A stretch of DNA of 62,000 nt from Hyalangium minutum (lineage in GTDB: Bacteria; Myxococcota; Myxococcia; Myxococcales; Myxococcaceae). Below the pieces are notes generated by a model, which saw only the letters and a program-made list of their open reading frames with translations, did not search any database and was not told the origin of the DNA. The first letter of the stretch is position 1, and every line of letters starts with the position of its first letter. Of the stretch, positions 53,206 to 62,000 are shown piece after piece. The stretch lies in NCBI RefSeq assembly GCF_000737315.1, contig NZ_JMCB01000013.1:144001-206000 (forward strand), written 5' to 3'. The position numbers and the translations under genes were made by a program.

Positions 53206-56200
53206 ATGTCGTTGCCCACGCTGCTCACCGCCGAGAACCTCCGCGCAACCGCGGGGAGCGCATTTGCGCGAGGCGAGGTGTACTGGCGTGAGGGGCGCGT
53301 GCTGTCCTGCGTCCTGGAGAACGACGCGCTCGATGGGCTGGTGGAGGGCACGGCGAAGTACCGCGTCCGGGTGACGGCTCCTGGCGGAGTGCTCGTCGCC
53401 CACTGCACGTGTCCGGTGCGGGATGCGGTCTGCAAGCATGCGGTCGCGCTCAGCCTCTCCTTCCTGGCACAGCGCGGAGCGGTGCTCGAGCCGCCGCGCG
53501 AGGCCGCCGTCGTGGTGCCGTCTCAGGAAGGGCCGTTCGCGACGCGGGACGCGCTGGATCGCTGGGCGGAGGAGCACGAGGTCCGCCATGCGCTCGCGGT
53601 CTCCGTGGCCGTGCTCTTTCCGGAGCTGCCCATCAATGAGGCGCAGCGCCAAGGGCTCCAGCATGTGCTGAACGGACTGGCGCTGAGGGACGTGGGCTCG
53701 CGGGACGGGGCGCTTCGCTATGTCGGCGCGCGCGGGAGAGGCCTGGAGACAGCGCTGACCGAAGCGGCGTGGGCATACCTGCAGCAGGAGGCGCACGCCG
53801 TCCGGCAGGGGCTCACCGAGGAGGCCGCGCGCCGCGAGTCCCACCCGGACGAGGTGCTGGCGCCGCTGTGGACCCGCCTGCTCGAGGTGCGCCGCACGCT
53901 CAGGCCCCATGCAGCTCCACGCTCTCGGGAGCGGCGGGCCTTGGGGACATGGAGCTTCGATGCGGCTGCGTGCGTGCTCACGTGGAGGGAGCGCGATCGC
54001 GTGGTCCGTGGCGGTCCGGACTACGGCACCATCGGAGTCTTGACGCGGCTCACCTTCCCCGGGGGGTACGAAGGGCGGGTGGAGTGCAGCTGTGCGACCC
54101 GGCAGCGGGGGTGCGTGCATGCGCTGGCGCTCGTGGACACCACCCTCGATGTCCTGGACGACAGCGCGCGGAACGCGGAGGCGCGAAGGATCGCCGAGGA
54201 ACTCCTTCGCCCGAGCTGGGCGCGCGCGCTGAAGGAACTCGAGCTGTTCGAGGAAGAGTCGGCCAAGCCTCGGCCCAGCATCGAGGTGTGGTGGTGCATC
54301 GAGCAGGAACTGGGCACGCAGTCCGTGTCGCCCGTCGTGAAGAAGCAGACCCGCCGGGGCATCATGAGCGCAGGTGCGAGGATGACCGCGGCGCGCCTGC
54401 TCGAAGAGCACCGCGAGCTTCTCTCCGAGACCGATCTTCGGGTCGCCGAGCAGCTGGCTTCATGGGCCCCGGCGTCCCGTGCCGCTGGGACATACCCTTC
54501 ACGGGCATTCGCAGGGCTGGTCGGGCACCCACGGGTGTTGCTCGAGTTCCGCCCCGAGGAGCCCATCGAGGTGAAGCGCGTGCGGCTGGGGTTCACCGCG
54601 CTCTCCGCCGATAACCACATTCGCCTGGAGCCCTCCATCGAGGGCGAGCGCTTCAGCCCGAAGCTGCTGGGAGCCCTGCTGCGTGCGTTCGCGCCGGGGG
54701 AACCGCTGGTCACGGTGGAGGAGCAGCGGAACCGGTGCCTGCTGATCGATGTGAACTCCGAGGCGCGGCAGATCTGGAACGTGCTGGAGAAGCACGGAGA
54801 CCAGTTCCCTCCCGAGAGCCATGAGCAGCTGCTGGAGCGCCTGTCCCGGCTCGAAGCGCGGTTGCCGCTCGTGGTCCCGCCCACGCTGAAGGGGCGCGAG
54901 CTCTCGTCCGAGACGACCACCGTCGTTCGTCTGCGCCTGCTCCCGGACGTGTCGCTGGAGCTGGAATTGCTCGTTCGGCCGGGGCCAGGGGCTCCGCTGT
55001 TCCATCCCGGCGTGGGTCCGAGAGACGTGCTTCTCACTCGCAACGGTGAACGCGGCTACGTGCGCCGTCAGCTGATCCAGGAGGAGCAGCGGGCTCGCGC
55101 GGCGATTGCCCCACTGCCGCTCGAGGGCGCGGAGGAGGGGCCGCCGTTCTGCTTCCGGATGGGGGACACGGAGTCCGCGCTGCGGCTCGTCGCGGCCCTC
55201 CAGAAGCCGCTGCCGGGAGTGGAGGTGGAGTGGCTCGACGATAAGCCGTTCGTTGCTTCGGCTGCGGGCCCGGAGTCCTTGAAGGTCGTGATCGAGCGCA
55301 AGCGGGACTGGTTCGGCATCAACGGGGATCTGAAGGTCGAGGCGGGGCGCATCGAGCTGGCTGTCCTCCTGGATGCGGCCCGGCGGCAGAAGCGCTTCGT
55401 GCGCGTGGATGCCCATCGGTGGGTCGAGCTCAGCGACACTTTGCGGAACCGCCTGCTCGCGGTGGCCGATCACACCTTCCTGGGCAAGAACCGCGCGGAG
55501 CTCTCTCCAGGAGCGGTCTCGGCGATCAGCGCGTTGCTGGAGGCGGGGGCCGACGTCCAGGCCGCGCCCGCGTGGCAGTTGATGACGGATCGTCTCGCCG
55601 CGTCGCTGTCGCTCAAGCCGAAGCCTCCCTCGTCGCTGGGGACCACGCTGCGCGACTACCAGGTGGAGGGCCATGCGTGGCTCAGCCGCGTGGCGGCCTG
55701 GGGAGCGGGAGCGTGCCTCGCGGATGACATGGGGCTCGGGAAGACGGTGCAGGCGCTGTCGGTGATGATCGAACGCTCGCGGCTCGGTCCGGCCCTGGTG
55801 CTCGCGCCGACCTCGGTGGCCTTCAACTGGACGCAGGAGATCCAGCGCTTCGCGCCCACCCTGCGGCCCGTGCTCTACGCGGAGCAGCCGGATCGGGCGA
55901 AGTGCTTGGCGAAGCTCAAGAAGACCGACGTGCTCATCGTCAGCTACGGCTTGCTGGTGCGCGACGTGGCGAGCCTCAGCACGCTCTCATTCGCCACGCT
56001 CGTCGTCGATGAAGCGCAGGCGTTGAAGAACCCGAGCACCCGGCGGGCCCGGGCCGCGCGGCAGCTGAACGCGGGCTTTCGGATCGCGCTCTCGGGGACG
56101 CCGCTGGAGAACCACCTCGGCGAGCTGTGGAGCCTCTTCACGATCGTCTTCCCGGGTCTCTTGGGGAGCTGGGAGCAATTCCGAGAGCGCTTCGCCTCGC

Positions 56201-57084
56201 CCATCGAGCGGGGCAAGGATCCCACCGCGAGCGCGGCGCTCTCCCGGGTGATCCAGCCGTTCCTGCTGCGGCGGACCAAGCAAGAGGTGGCGCGCGAGCT
56301 GCCGCCGAGGACGGAGATCCAGGTCCCCGTGGCGCTCTCCGAGGAGGAGTGGACGCTATACGAGGACGCGCGGCTGGCGGCGGTCGCGGAGCTCAGCAAG
56401 CAGGGCAAGGGGCTGCGCACCGAGCAGCAGCGCTTCCAGGTGCTCGCGGCGATCACCCGGCTGAGGTTGCTTGCGTCTCACCCGCGGCTCTACGACGGGC
56501 AGTCGAAGCTCGCGTCCTCGAAGATGCGGCGTCTGCTGGAGTTGCTGGAAGAACTGCGGAGCGAGGGCCACCGGGCGCTCGTGTTCAGCCAGTTCACCTC
56601 ACACCTCGAGCTCGTCCGCGAGGAACTGGATCGCGCCGGCTTCACGTACCAGTACCTCGATGGCGCGACGCCTGCGGCGACCCGAGCGAAGCGGATTCAG
56701 GACTTCCAGGAGGGGGCAGGGGAGATGTTCCTGATCTCGCTCAAGGCGGGAGGTACGGGCATCAACCTCACGGCTGCGGACTACGTCATCCACTTGGATC
56801 CCTGGTGGAACCCGGCGGTGGAGGATCAAGCGACGGATCGCGCCCACCGCATCGGCCAGACGCGGCCGGTGACGGTGTACCGGCTGATCGCCCGCGGTAC
56901 GATCGAGGAGCAGATCCTCTCGCTGCACTCGGACAAGCGCGCGTTGGTGGCGGGAGTGCTGGAGGGGACGGATGTGGCGGCGCGGCTGACGACAAAGGAT
57001 CTGCTCGCGCTACTGGCGGGGGGCGACTCTCCTCGCGAGCGGCAGGACGACGGGGAAGAACCCCGGGCCCGAACGGTGCACTGA
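53206..57084 (+). CDS. SWIM zinc-finger SNF2-family helicase
   Basis: Two CxC...CxH motifs; DDMGLGKT, DEAQ, LSGTPLEN, LVFSQF and DPWWNPAVEDQATDRAHRIGQ. Confidence 0.95.
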   Translation: MSLPTLLTAENLRATAGSAFARGEVYWREGRVLSCVLENDALDGLVEGTAKYRVRVTAPGGVLVAHCTCPVRDAVCKHAVALSLSFLAQRGAVLEPPREAAVVVPSQEGPFATRDALDRWAEEHEVRHALAVSVAVLFPELPINEAQRQGLQHVLNGLALRDVGSRDGALRYVGARGRGLETALTEAAWAYLQQEAHAVRQGLTEEAARRESHPDEVLAPLWTRLLEVRRTLRPHAAPRSRERRALGTWSFDAAACVLTWRERDRVVRGGPDYGTIGVLTRLTFPGGYEGRVECSCATRQRGCVHALALVDTTLDVLDDSARNAEARRIAEELLRPSWARALKELELFEEESAKPRPSIEVWWCIEQELGTQSVSPVVKKQTRRGIMSAGARMTAARLLEEHRELLSETDLRVAEQLASWAPASRAAGTYPSRAFAGLVGHPRVLLEFRPEEPIEVKRVRLGFTALSADNHIRLEPSIEGERFSPKLLGALLRAFAPGEPLVTVEEQRNRCLLIDVNSEARQIWNVLEKHGDQFPPESHEQLLERLSRLEARLPLVVPPTLKGRELSSETTTVVRLRLLPDVSLELELLVRPGPGAPLFHPGVGPRDVLLTRNGERGYVRRQLIQEEQRARAAIAPLPLEGAEEGPPFCFRMGDTESALRLVAALQKPLPGVEVEWLDDKPFVASAAGPESLKVVIERKRDWFGINGDLKVEAGRIELAVLLDAARRQKRFVRVDAHRWVELSDTLRNRLLAVADHTFLGKNRAELSPGAVSAISALLEAGADVQAAPAWQLMTDRLAASLSLKPKPPSSLGTTLRDYQVEGHAWLSRVAAWGAGACLADDMGLGKTVQALSVMIERSRLGPALVLAPTSVAFNWTQEIQRFAPTLRPVLYAEQPDRAKCLAKLKKTDVLIVSYGLLVRDVASLSTLSFATLVVDEAQALKNPSTRRARAARQLNAGFRIALSGTPLENHLGELWSLFTIVFPGLLGSWEQFRERFASPIERGKDPTASAALSRVIQPFLLRRTKQEVARELPPRTEIQVPVALSEEEWTLYEDARLAAVAELSKQGKGLRTEQQRFQVLAAITRLRLLASHPRLYDGQSKLASSKMRRLLELLEELRSEGHRALVFSQFTSHLELVREELDRAGFTYQYLDGATPAATRAKRIQDFQEGAGEMFLISLKAGGTGINLTAADYVIHLDPWWNPAVEDQATDRAHRIGQTRPVTVYRLIARGTIEEQILSLHSDKRALVAGVLEGTDVAARLTTKDLLALLAGGDSPRERQDDGEEPRARTVH

Positions 57085-57101
57085 TCGTCCCTAGGCAGTC
57101 C

Positions 57102-57221
57102 TCATCCAGTGAGGCCGGAGAGGCGCAGGATGGCCACGACGAGGCCCGTGAGTCCGAGGAGCAGTCCGAACAGAGCCGCCCCTGCGGCATCGAGCTTCTT
57201 CCAGGTCCATGGAGTGTCCAT
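57102..57221 (-). CDS. 39-aa small single-pass membrane protein (below the ORF-track cut-off)
   Basis: MDTPWTWKKLDAAGAALFGLLLGLTGLVVAILRLSGLTG*; GGAG 6 nt upstream of the ATG; mostly G/C-ending codons. Confidence 0.55.
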   Translation of the reverse strand: MDTPWTWKKLDAAGAALFGLLLGLTGLVVAILRLSGLTG

Positions 57222-57420
57222 ACCCGGCTCCAGTCCGTGCCAAACGGGTCTGACAACCAGACCGGTTGCCGCTACGAACGAGCAGTGGGCCCCCTGGCGG
57301 CGGCGGTTTTTGGAAACTGGTCTGACAAGCAGACCAGTTCAGTCGGATTGCGACGGGAGAGGGTGGGATGCCCACATGGTTGGTGACTTCTTGTCAGACC
57401 CATGAGGTAGGCTGGGCTGA

Positions 57421-58971
57421 GTGGGGACTCGAAGGTCCTCGCCGGAGACGGTCATGGGGAAGAAGGTCGCCTCGCTGGATGTAGATCCGCTCAGCCTCCC
57501 GCTGGGGATGCGGATGGGGCCCTGGCGGATTGTGGGCTGGGGCGGCCGAGGCGCCTACGGCACCGTTTACCGTGTGGAGCGCGTGGGACATGAACTGGAA
57601 GGTCCCTTTGCGCTCAAACTGGCGGTCTTCCCCGAGGATGAGCGCTTCGAGCGAGAGGCGTGGTTGCTCCGCCACATCCAGAGTGCTTCGGTGCCTCACC
57701 TCTATGCGCAGGGGGTATGGGAGCACGCATCGGGGCGCTATCGCTACCTGGTGATGCAGTGGGTGGAGGGCGAGCCGCTGTATGAGTGGTCCGCTCGGCG
57801 CAACCCCACTGAGTCCCGGGTGGTGGAACTGTTGCTACAGGTGGCGAAGGCGGTGGAGGCCACGCATGCGGTGGGAGCGGTGCACCGCGACGTGAAGGGC
57901 GGGAACGTTCTGGTGAGGCTCACGGACGGGCGAGCCTTCCTGATGGACTTCGGGGCAGGGCACTACCGGGGAGCGGCGACGCTGACCTCGAAGGTGCTCC
58001 CGCCCGGCACTCCCGCGTATCGCAGCCCTGAGGCCTGGGGATTTCTCCGCCTGTTCCTTCGCCACCCGACGGCTCACTATCCGGCCAGCGCGAGCGATGA
58101 CCTGTTCGCCCTGGGAATCACGGCCTACCGGTTGGTGACGGACGAGTATCCGCCCTCCACGGATCCTCAAGCGCCAGGGGCGGAGGTGTGGCGCGAGGGG
58201 GGACCAGGACCTCGGCCGCCCCGTGAGCTGAACCCGCGTGTGAGCCCCGAGCTGGATGCGCTGATCCTGAGGCTGTTGGCGCCCGCTCCCGTGGATCGCT
58301 TCAACGGCCGGGCTCAGGAGTTGGTCGCGGCGCTGGAGGAGATGAAGGAGAGGGCGGGGCCCGAGAGGAATGAGCCTCTCTTCGGCTGGTCACACGCGCA
58401 CGACACACGCTGGCGATCGCTGGGAGGCGTGCGTCTGGCTGAGGAGCGGGACGCGGCAAGGAGAGAACGCGAGAAGCGCGAGCTGGAGGTCCGGGCTCGC
58501 GCAGAGGCTGCGAACCGCTTGGCGGAGCCCCCGCGCTCAGTGGCTGTGTGGAGCGTTGAAGGGGGGATAGCCGCCATGGGGCTGCTGCTCACCTGTCTGC
58601 TGGTGACCGGGCTCTATCGGGGCCAGCAGGAGGCGCAGACTGCTTCGGCGAAGGAGCACCGCCAGAGGGACACGGCCGCAGTAGGGGACGGCGCGGGTGC
58701 CATTTCCGCGTCGGCGGATGCCTCGGTGCCTGCGGGGAATGCGAAGTCGGCAGTGGGGCTTCCGCTGCCCGAGAAGCTCTTCCCTGGCCAGCGGAAGCCG
58801 CCGTGCAACAGGTTTGGAGAGGTGGAGGTCCGTGGCGGCTGCTGGTGGCTCTTGGGCGCTGGCAAGCCGCCTTGCAAGGAGAAGGGCAAAGAGGACGGCT
58901 ATGAGTGGAAGGGGGCTTGCTACACGCCCTCATACCAAATGGGTCGCGAGCCCACGTCCAAGCCGCCGTGA
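57421..58971 (+). CDS. Membrane Ser/Thr protein kinase with a Cys-rich C-terminal domain
   Basis: GRGAYGTVY, ALK, HRDVKGGN, DFG and PGTPAYRSPE; TM; C-terminal PGQRKPPC...GGCW...PPC...GACY. Start is 57421 or 57454. Confidence 0.88.
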   Translation: MGTRRSSPETVMGKKVASLDVDPLSLPLGMRMGPWRIVGWGGRGAYGTVYRVERVGHELEGPFALKLAVFPEDERFEREAWLLRHIQSASVPHLYAQGVWEHASGRYRYLVMQWVEGEPLYEWSARRNPTESRVVELLLQVAKAVEATHAVGAVHRDVKGGNVLVRLTDGRAFLMDFGAGHYRGAATLTSKVLPPGTPAYRSPEAWGFLRLFLRHPTAHYPASASDDLFALGITAYRLVTDEYPPSTDPQAPGAEVWREGGPGPRPPRELNPRVSPELDALILRLLAPAPVDRFNGRAQELVAALEEMKERAGPERNEPLFGWSHAHDTRWRSLGGVRLAEERDAARREREKRELEVRARAEAANRLAEPPRSVAVWSVEGGIAAMGLLLTCLLVTGLYRGQQEAQTASAKEHRQRDTAAVGDGAGAISASADASVPAGNAKSAVGLPLPEKLFPGQRKPPCNRFGEVEVRGGCWWLLGAGKPPCKEKGKEDGYEWKGACYTPSYQMGREPTSKPP

Positions 58972-59112
58972 ACCGTGGCCAGGTTCAGCATCTGCGTCAG
59001 TGGAAGCGGATCAAGCGTGGGCTTACTGGCGGCGCGAAAAATCCCCACGAGCGTGTGGTAGGAGGGCACTCGTGAAGAGGATGTCCCCCGTGAGCAACAG
59101 CTTGGTGACCCC

Positions 59113-60423
59113 ATGACGCTTCCCCGGACGCCAGAGGAAGCGGTCGAATTCCTCGCCCGGCTCAGCCCTTCCGTCATCAAGCCCGGCCTCGAACGGATGA
59201 ATCCGGCTCTCGAGGCCCTCGGCCATCCCGAGCGCCGAATCCGCTCGCTTCATGTCGCGGGCACCAATGGCAAGGGCAGCACCTGTGCCTTCGCCTCCAC
59301 CGCCCTTCGCGCCGCGGGCCACCGCGTGGGCCTCTACACCTCGCCTCACCTGGAGCGCGTCACCGAGCGCTTCCAGATCAACGGCGAGGAGATCTCCCCC
59401 AAGCTGCTCGGCCGCCGCATCCTCGAGATCCTCGAGCGCTACCCGGAGGCCGCCGCCACTCCCGCGCCGCTCACGTACTTCGAGTTCGGCACCGTGATCG
59501 CCTTCTGGCACTTCGCCCAGGAGGCCGTGGACATCGCTGTCCTGGAAACTGGCCTCGGTGGCCGCTTGGATGCCACCAATGTCGTGGCCCCGCTCGTCAC
59601 CGTCATCACGCCTATCTCCTTTGATCACATGGAGTATCTGGGCCACACGCTCGGAGCCATCGCAGGCGAGAAGGCCGGCATCCTCAAGCCCACCGTCCCC
59701 GTCGTCGTCAGCCGCCAGGAGCCAGAGGCCCTCGAAGCCATCTCCCGCGTCGCAGCCCAGGTCGGCGCTCCCATGCTCCTCGAGGGGCTCGACTTCGCCG
59801 TGGAGTCTCTCCCCACAGGGCTCTCCTACAGGGGACCGCGGTGGAACCTGGACGGGCTCTCACTCTCCCTCCGAGGCCCTCACCAGCGGCAGAACGCCGC
59901 TGTCGCGCTCGCGGCCCTGGAGCAGCTCGATGCCTGGGGCATCTCCGTCCCCACGGATGCCGCAGTGAAGGGCCTGGCCTCCGCTCGCTGGCCCGGCCGC
60001 TTGGAGGAGGTGAGCAGCCAGCCAGCCGTCGTGCTCGATGGGGCGCACAACCCCGGCGGAGTCGCTGTGCTCCTGGCCTCGCTCGACAGCCTGTACCCCG
60101 GCCGACGCATCCACGCCGTCTTCGGTGTCGTCGCCGACAAGGACCGCGCTCCCATGATGCGCGGCCTCTTCCCTCGCTGCGCCTCCGTCCACCTCACGCC
60201 CCTGGACACGCCGCGCTCGCTTGCCCCCGAGCGCTACCTCGCGGAGGCCCGGGCACTGTGCGCCGATGTGCGGGCCTATGCTGGCTTGGATGACGCCCTG
60301 GCAGGCGCCAAGGCCCTCGCGATGGAGGGGGACGTCATCTTATGTACGGGCTCACTCTTTCTGGTGGGAGCGGCTCGCGCGCGCTTCGTCAGAAACCTTG
60401 GCGCAATGCAGCAGCAGTCATAA
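59113..60423 (+). CDS. folC: Bifunctional folylpolyglutamate synthase/dihydrofolate synthase
   Basis: HVAGTNGKGST, YTSPHL, ETGLGGRLDATN, AGEKAGILK, WPGRLE, LDGAHN and TGSLFLVG motifs. Confidence 0.97.
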   Translation: MTLPRTPEEAVEFLARLSPSVIKPGLERMNPALEALGHPERRIRSLHVAGTNGKGSTCAFASTALRAAGHRVGLYTSPHLERVTERFQINGEEISPKLLGRRILEILERYPEAAATPAPLTYFEFGTVIAFWHFAQEAVDIAVLETGLGGRLDATNVVAPLVTVITPISFDHMEYLGHTLGAIAGEKAGILKPTVPVVVSRQEPEALEAISRVAAQVGAPMLLEGLDFAVESLPTGLSYRGPRWNLDGLSLSLRGPHQRQNAAVALAALEQLDAWGISVPTDAAVKGLASARWPGRLEEVSSQPAVVLDGAHNPGGVAVLLASLDSLYPGRRIHAVFGVVADKDRAPMMRGLFPRCASVHLTPLDTPRSLAPERYLAEARALCADVRAYAGLDDALAGAKALAMEGDVILCTGSLFLVGAARARFVRNLGAMQQQS

Positions 60424-60432
60424 ATTCCAGGT

Positions 60433-61710
60433 ATGCGCCTCCCGGATGATTGGAGAACCGCGCCCACGGGGCCGCGGATACCGACGGTCGACGAGGTCGA
60501 CTTCCGGGCGCTCTACCAGAAGACGAAGTACGTGGTGGAGACCGCCGACGGCTGGTCATTGATGATGACCCGCTACCGGCCCGTGAAGCAGCAATTCCCG
60601 CAGCCGCTGTTCGGCGAGGTGCTGCTCCTGGTCCACGGCTTCTCCCAGAACCGCCACGCGTGGACCAGCGGGCAGTTCGTGAAGAACCTCCTGTTCTTCG
60701 GCGTGGACATTCACATCCTCGAGCTGCGCGGCCACGGCAAGAGCTCCCTGGATCTGCAGCGCGAGCGCTGTGCCCGCTTCCGCCGACCTCTCCCGCCCGA
60801 CCTCGAGTACGGCTGGGACATCGACAGCTACTTCCTCTACGACTTGCCCGCCGCTGTCTCCGGCGTGAAGCGCATCACCCGGCGCGACAAGATCTTCTAC
60901 TGCGGCCATTCCATGGGCGGGATGCTCGGCTACGGCTACGCCGGCATCCACGACGACTTCGAGGGCCTGATCACCATTGGCTCCCCGGCGGATCTCGGCC
61001 GGGGTTTTTTGATGCTCAAGGCCCTGGCCATGGGCGCGCCGGCGCTCGGTGGCCTGGTGGACATGACGTTGGCCGGGCTCAACGTGCAGAACCGCATCGG
61101 GCACCTGGGCCGCACGCTGCTGTCCAAGGGCGCCCAGGCGGTGAGCCGCGAGCTGGGCCAGCGGCTCAAGCCGACGTCGGAGCCGAAAGACACCCTCTTC
61201 AACTACGTCCCCGTGGACGCCTGGCTGAAGTACGCCGAGAAGAAGCTCGCTCTCGCCGAGGGCCACCCCATCTACGAAGAGGTCGTCCGGCGCATCAACA
61301 AGCTGAGCAACCCCGCCCGCGTGAAGGCCCAGGACGTCCGTTGGCTCCTTCGCGAGGGAGGCGAGCGAGAGCCTCGCAAGGTGATCGAGCAGTTCGCCCG
61401 GTGGATCCGCCGCGGCGAGATGGTCTGCTACCGCACGGACTACGACTTCAAGCGCGGCTTCTCGAAGATCGCGATCCCCATGGCCATCATCTTCGGAGAC
61501 ATGGATCCGCTGGCCTCGGTGGAGTCCACCCGCAGTGTCTACCGCGCCGCCAAGAGTGAATACCTCCTCTGGCGCCCTGTGAAGGGCAACAGCCACATCG
61601 AGCTGACCATGGGGCACGACATCCGGCAGATCTGTTACGACATCAAGAACCTCATCGAATACGCCAGAACCCACCGCTCGCGTTCCCCGGTGCTGCCGCG
61701 CGTTCGTTAG
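60433..61710 (+). CDS. Alpha/beta-fold hydrolase (lipase/PHA-synthase-like)
   Basis: HGFSQN oxyanion region, GHSMGG nucleophile elbow, D (GDMDPLA) and H (SHIEL). Confidence 0.85.
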   Translation: MRLPDDWRTAPTGPRIPTVDEVDFRALYQKTKYVVETADGWSLMMTRYRPVKQQFPQPLFGEVLLLVHGFSQNRHAWTSGQFVKNLLFFGVDIHILELRGHGKSSLDLQRERCARFRRPLPPDLEYGWDIDSYFLYDLPAAVSGVKRITRRDKIFYCGHSMGGMLGYGYAGIHDDFEGLITIGSPADLGRGFLMLKALAMGAPALGGLVDMTLAGLNVQNRIGHLGRTLLSKGAQAVSRELGQRLKPTSEPKDTLFNYVPVDAWLKYAEKKLALAEGHPIYEEVVRRINKLSNPARVKAQDVRWLLREGGEREPRKVIEQFARWIRRGEMVCYRTDYDFKRGFSKIAIPMAIIFGDMDPLASVESTRSVYRAAKSEYLLWRPVKGNSHIELTMGHDIRQICYDIKNLIEYARTHRSRSPVLPRVR

Positions 61711-61794
61711 ACCCGGGGGCCGGCCCCGGGCGTTAAGTTGGAGCCAGGGGGCCCATGCTCTACAGTCGGGTTCTCTGAGAAGGGGTGTCGTTCA

Positions 61795-62000
61795 ATGAAG
61801 TGGCTGGCGGTCTGCGTGCTCGGTGGGGTGCTGCTGCCCCTGCTGGCGTTCGCGCAGGACAAGGTAGAGCTCAACGCCATCACCAGCGTGAAGGTGAACG
61901 GCTCCACGGTGGAGATCACCGGGAGCAAGAAGCCCAACTTCACCACCTTCACCATGACAGACCCGCCGCGGCTCGTCATCGATATCTCCGAGGCCGTCCT
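61795..62000 (+). CDS. AMIN-domain secreted protein (5' part, truncated by the window end)
   Basis: Signal peptide MKWLAV...LAFA followed by FTMTDPPRLVIDIS, the AMIN signature. Confidence 0.78.
   Translation, partial: MKWLAVCVLGGVLLPLLAFAQDKVELNAITSVKVNGSTVEITGSKKPNFTTFTMTDPPRLVIDISEAV

Noticed and set aside
58968-59075. 35-codon GTG ORF overlapping the kinase stop (MNRGQVQHLRQWKRIK...)
   Set aside because: Weak codon bias, no RBS or motif.

Overview
High-GC myxobacterial chromosome segment (Cystobacterineae-like; inferred from gene content, not from a database search). Bases 1-44635 and 59113-62000 look like conserved backbone. This includes gltX with tRNA-Gln/tRNA-Glu, twin MYXO-CTERM metalloproteases, a Ser/Thr kinase-TonB fusion, a Che4-like chemosensory operon, an ABC permease-M1 peptidase fusion, a degenerate histidine kinase, heparinase II/III plus a UDP-sugar dehydrogenase, TldD, an MglA-like GTPase with anmK/murQ/rpmB, purMN, a cyclase-CRP-phosphodiesterase module, accD, folC and an AMIN protein. 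A small insert of two lipoproteins (one with a JAB/MPN+ motif) lies at 29.4-30.8 kb. A ~14.5 kb accessory block separates accD from folC. The strongest signal is in that block. A membrane Ser/Thr kinase and an FHA-domain sigma54 activator are flanked by three genes. Each gene has its own -24/-12 sigma54 promoter (two GG-N10-GC, one GG-N10-GA) and three copies of an 18-bp palindrome (consensus TGATGAC-N4-GTCATCA). The three targets lack signal peptides and encode an Ala/Gly-rich hydrophobic protein, a C39-like cysteine hydrolase and a lytic transglycosylase with a harpin-like N-terminus. Together they suggest a self-contained, phospho-threonine-switched sigma54 mini-regulon of exported, envelope-attacking proteins. 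Functional roles are inference; orthology to M. xanthus genes is from recall and needs checking.
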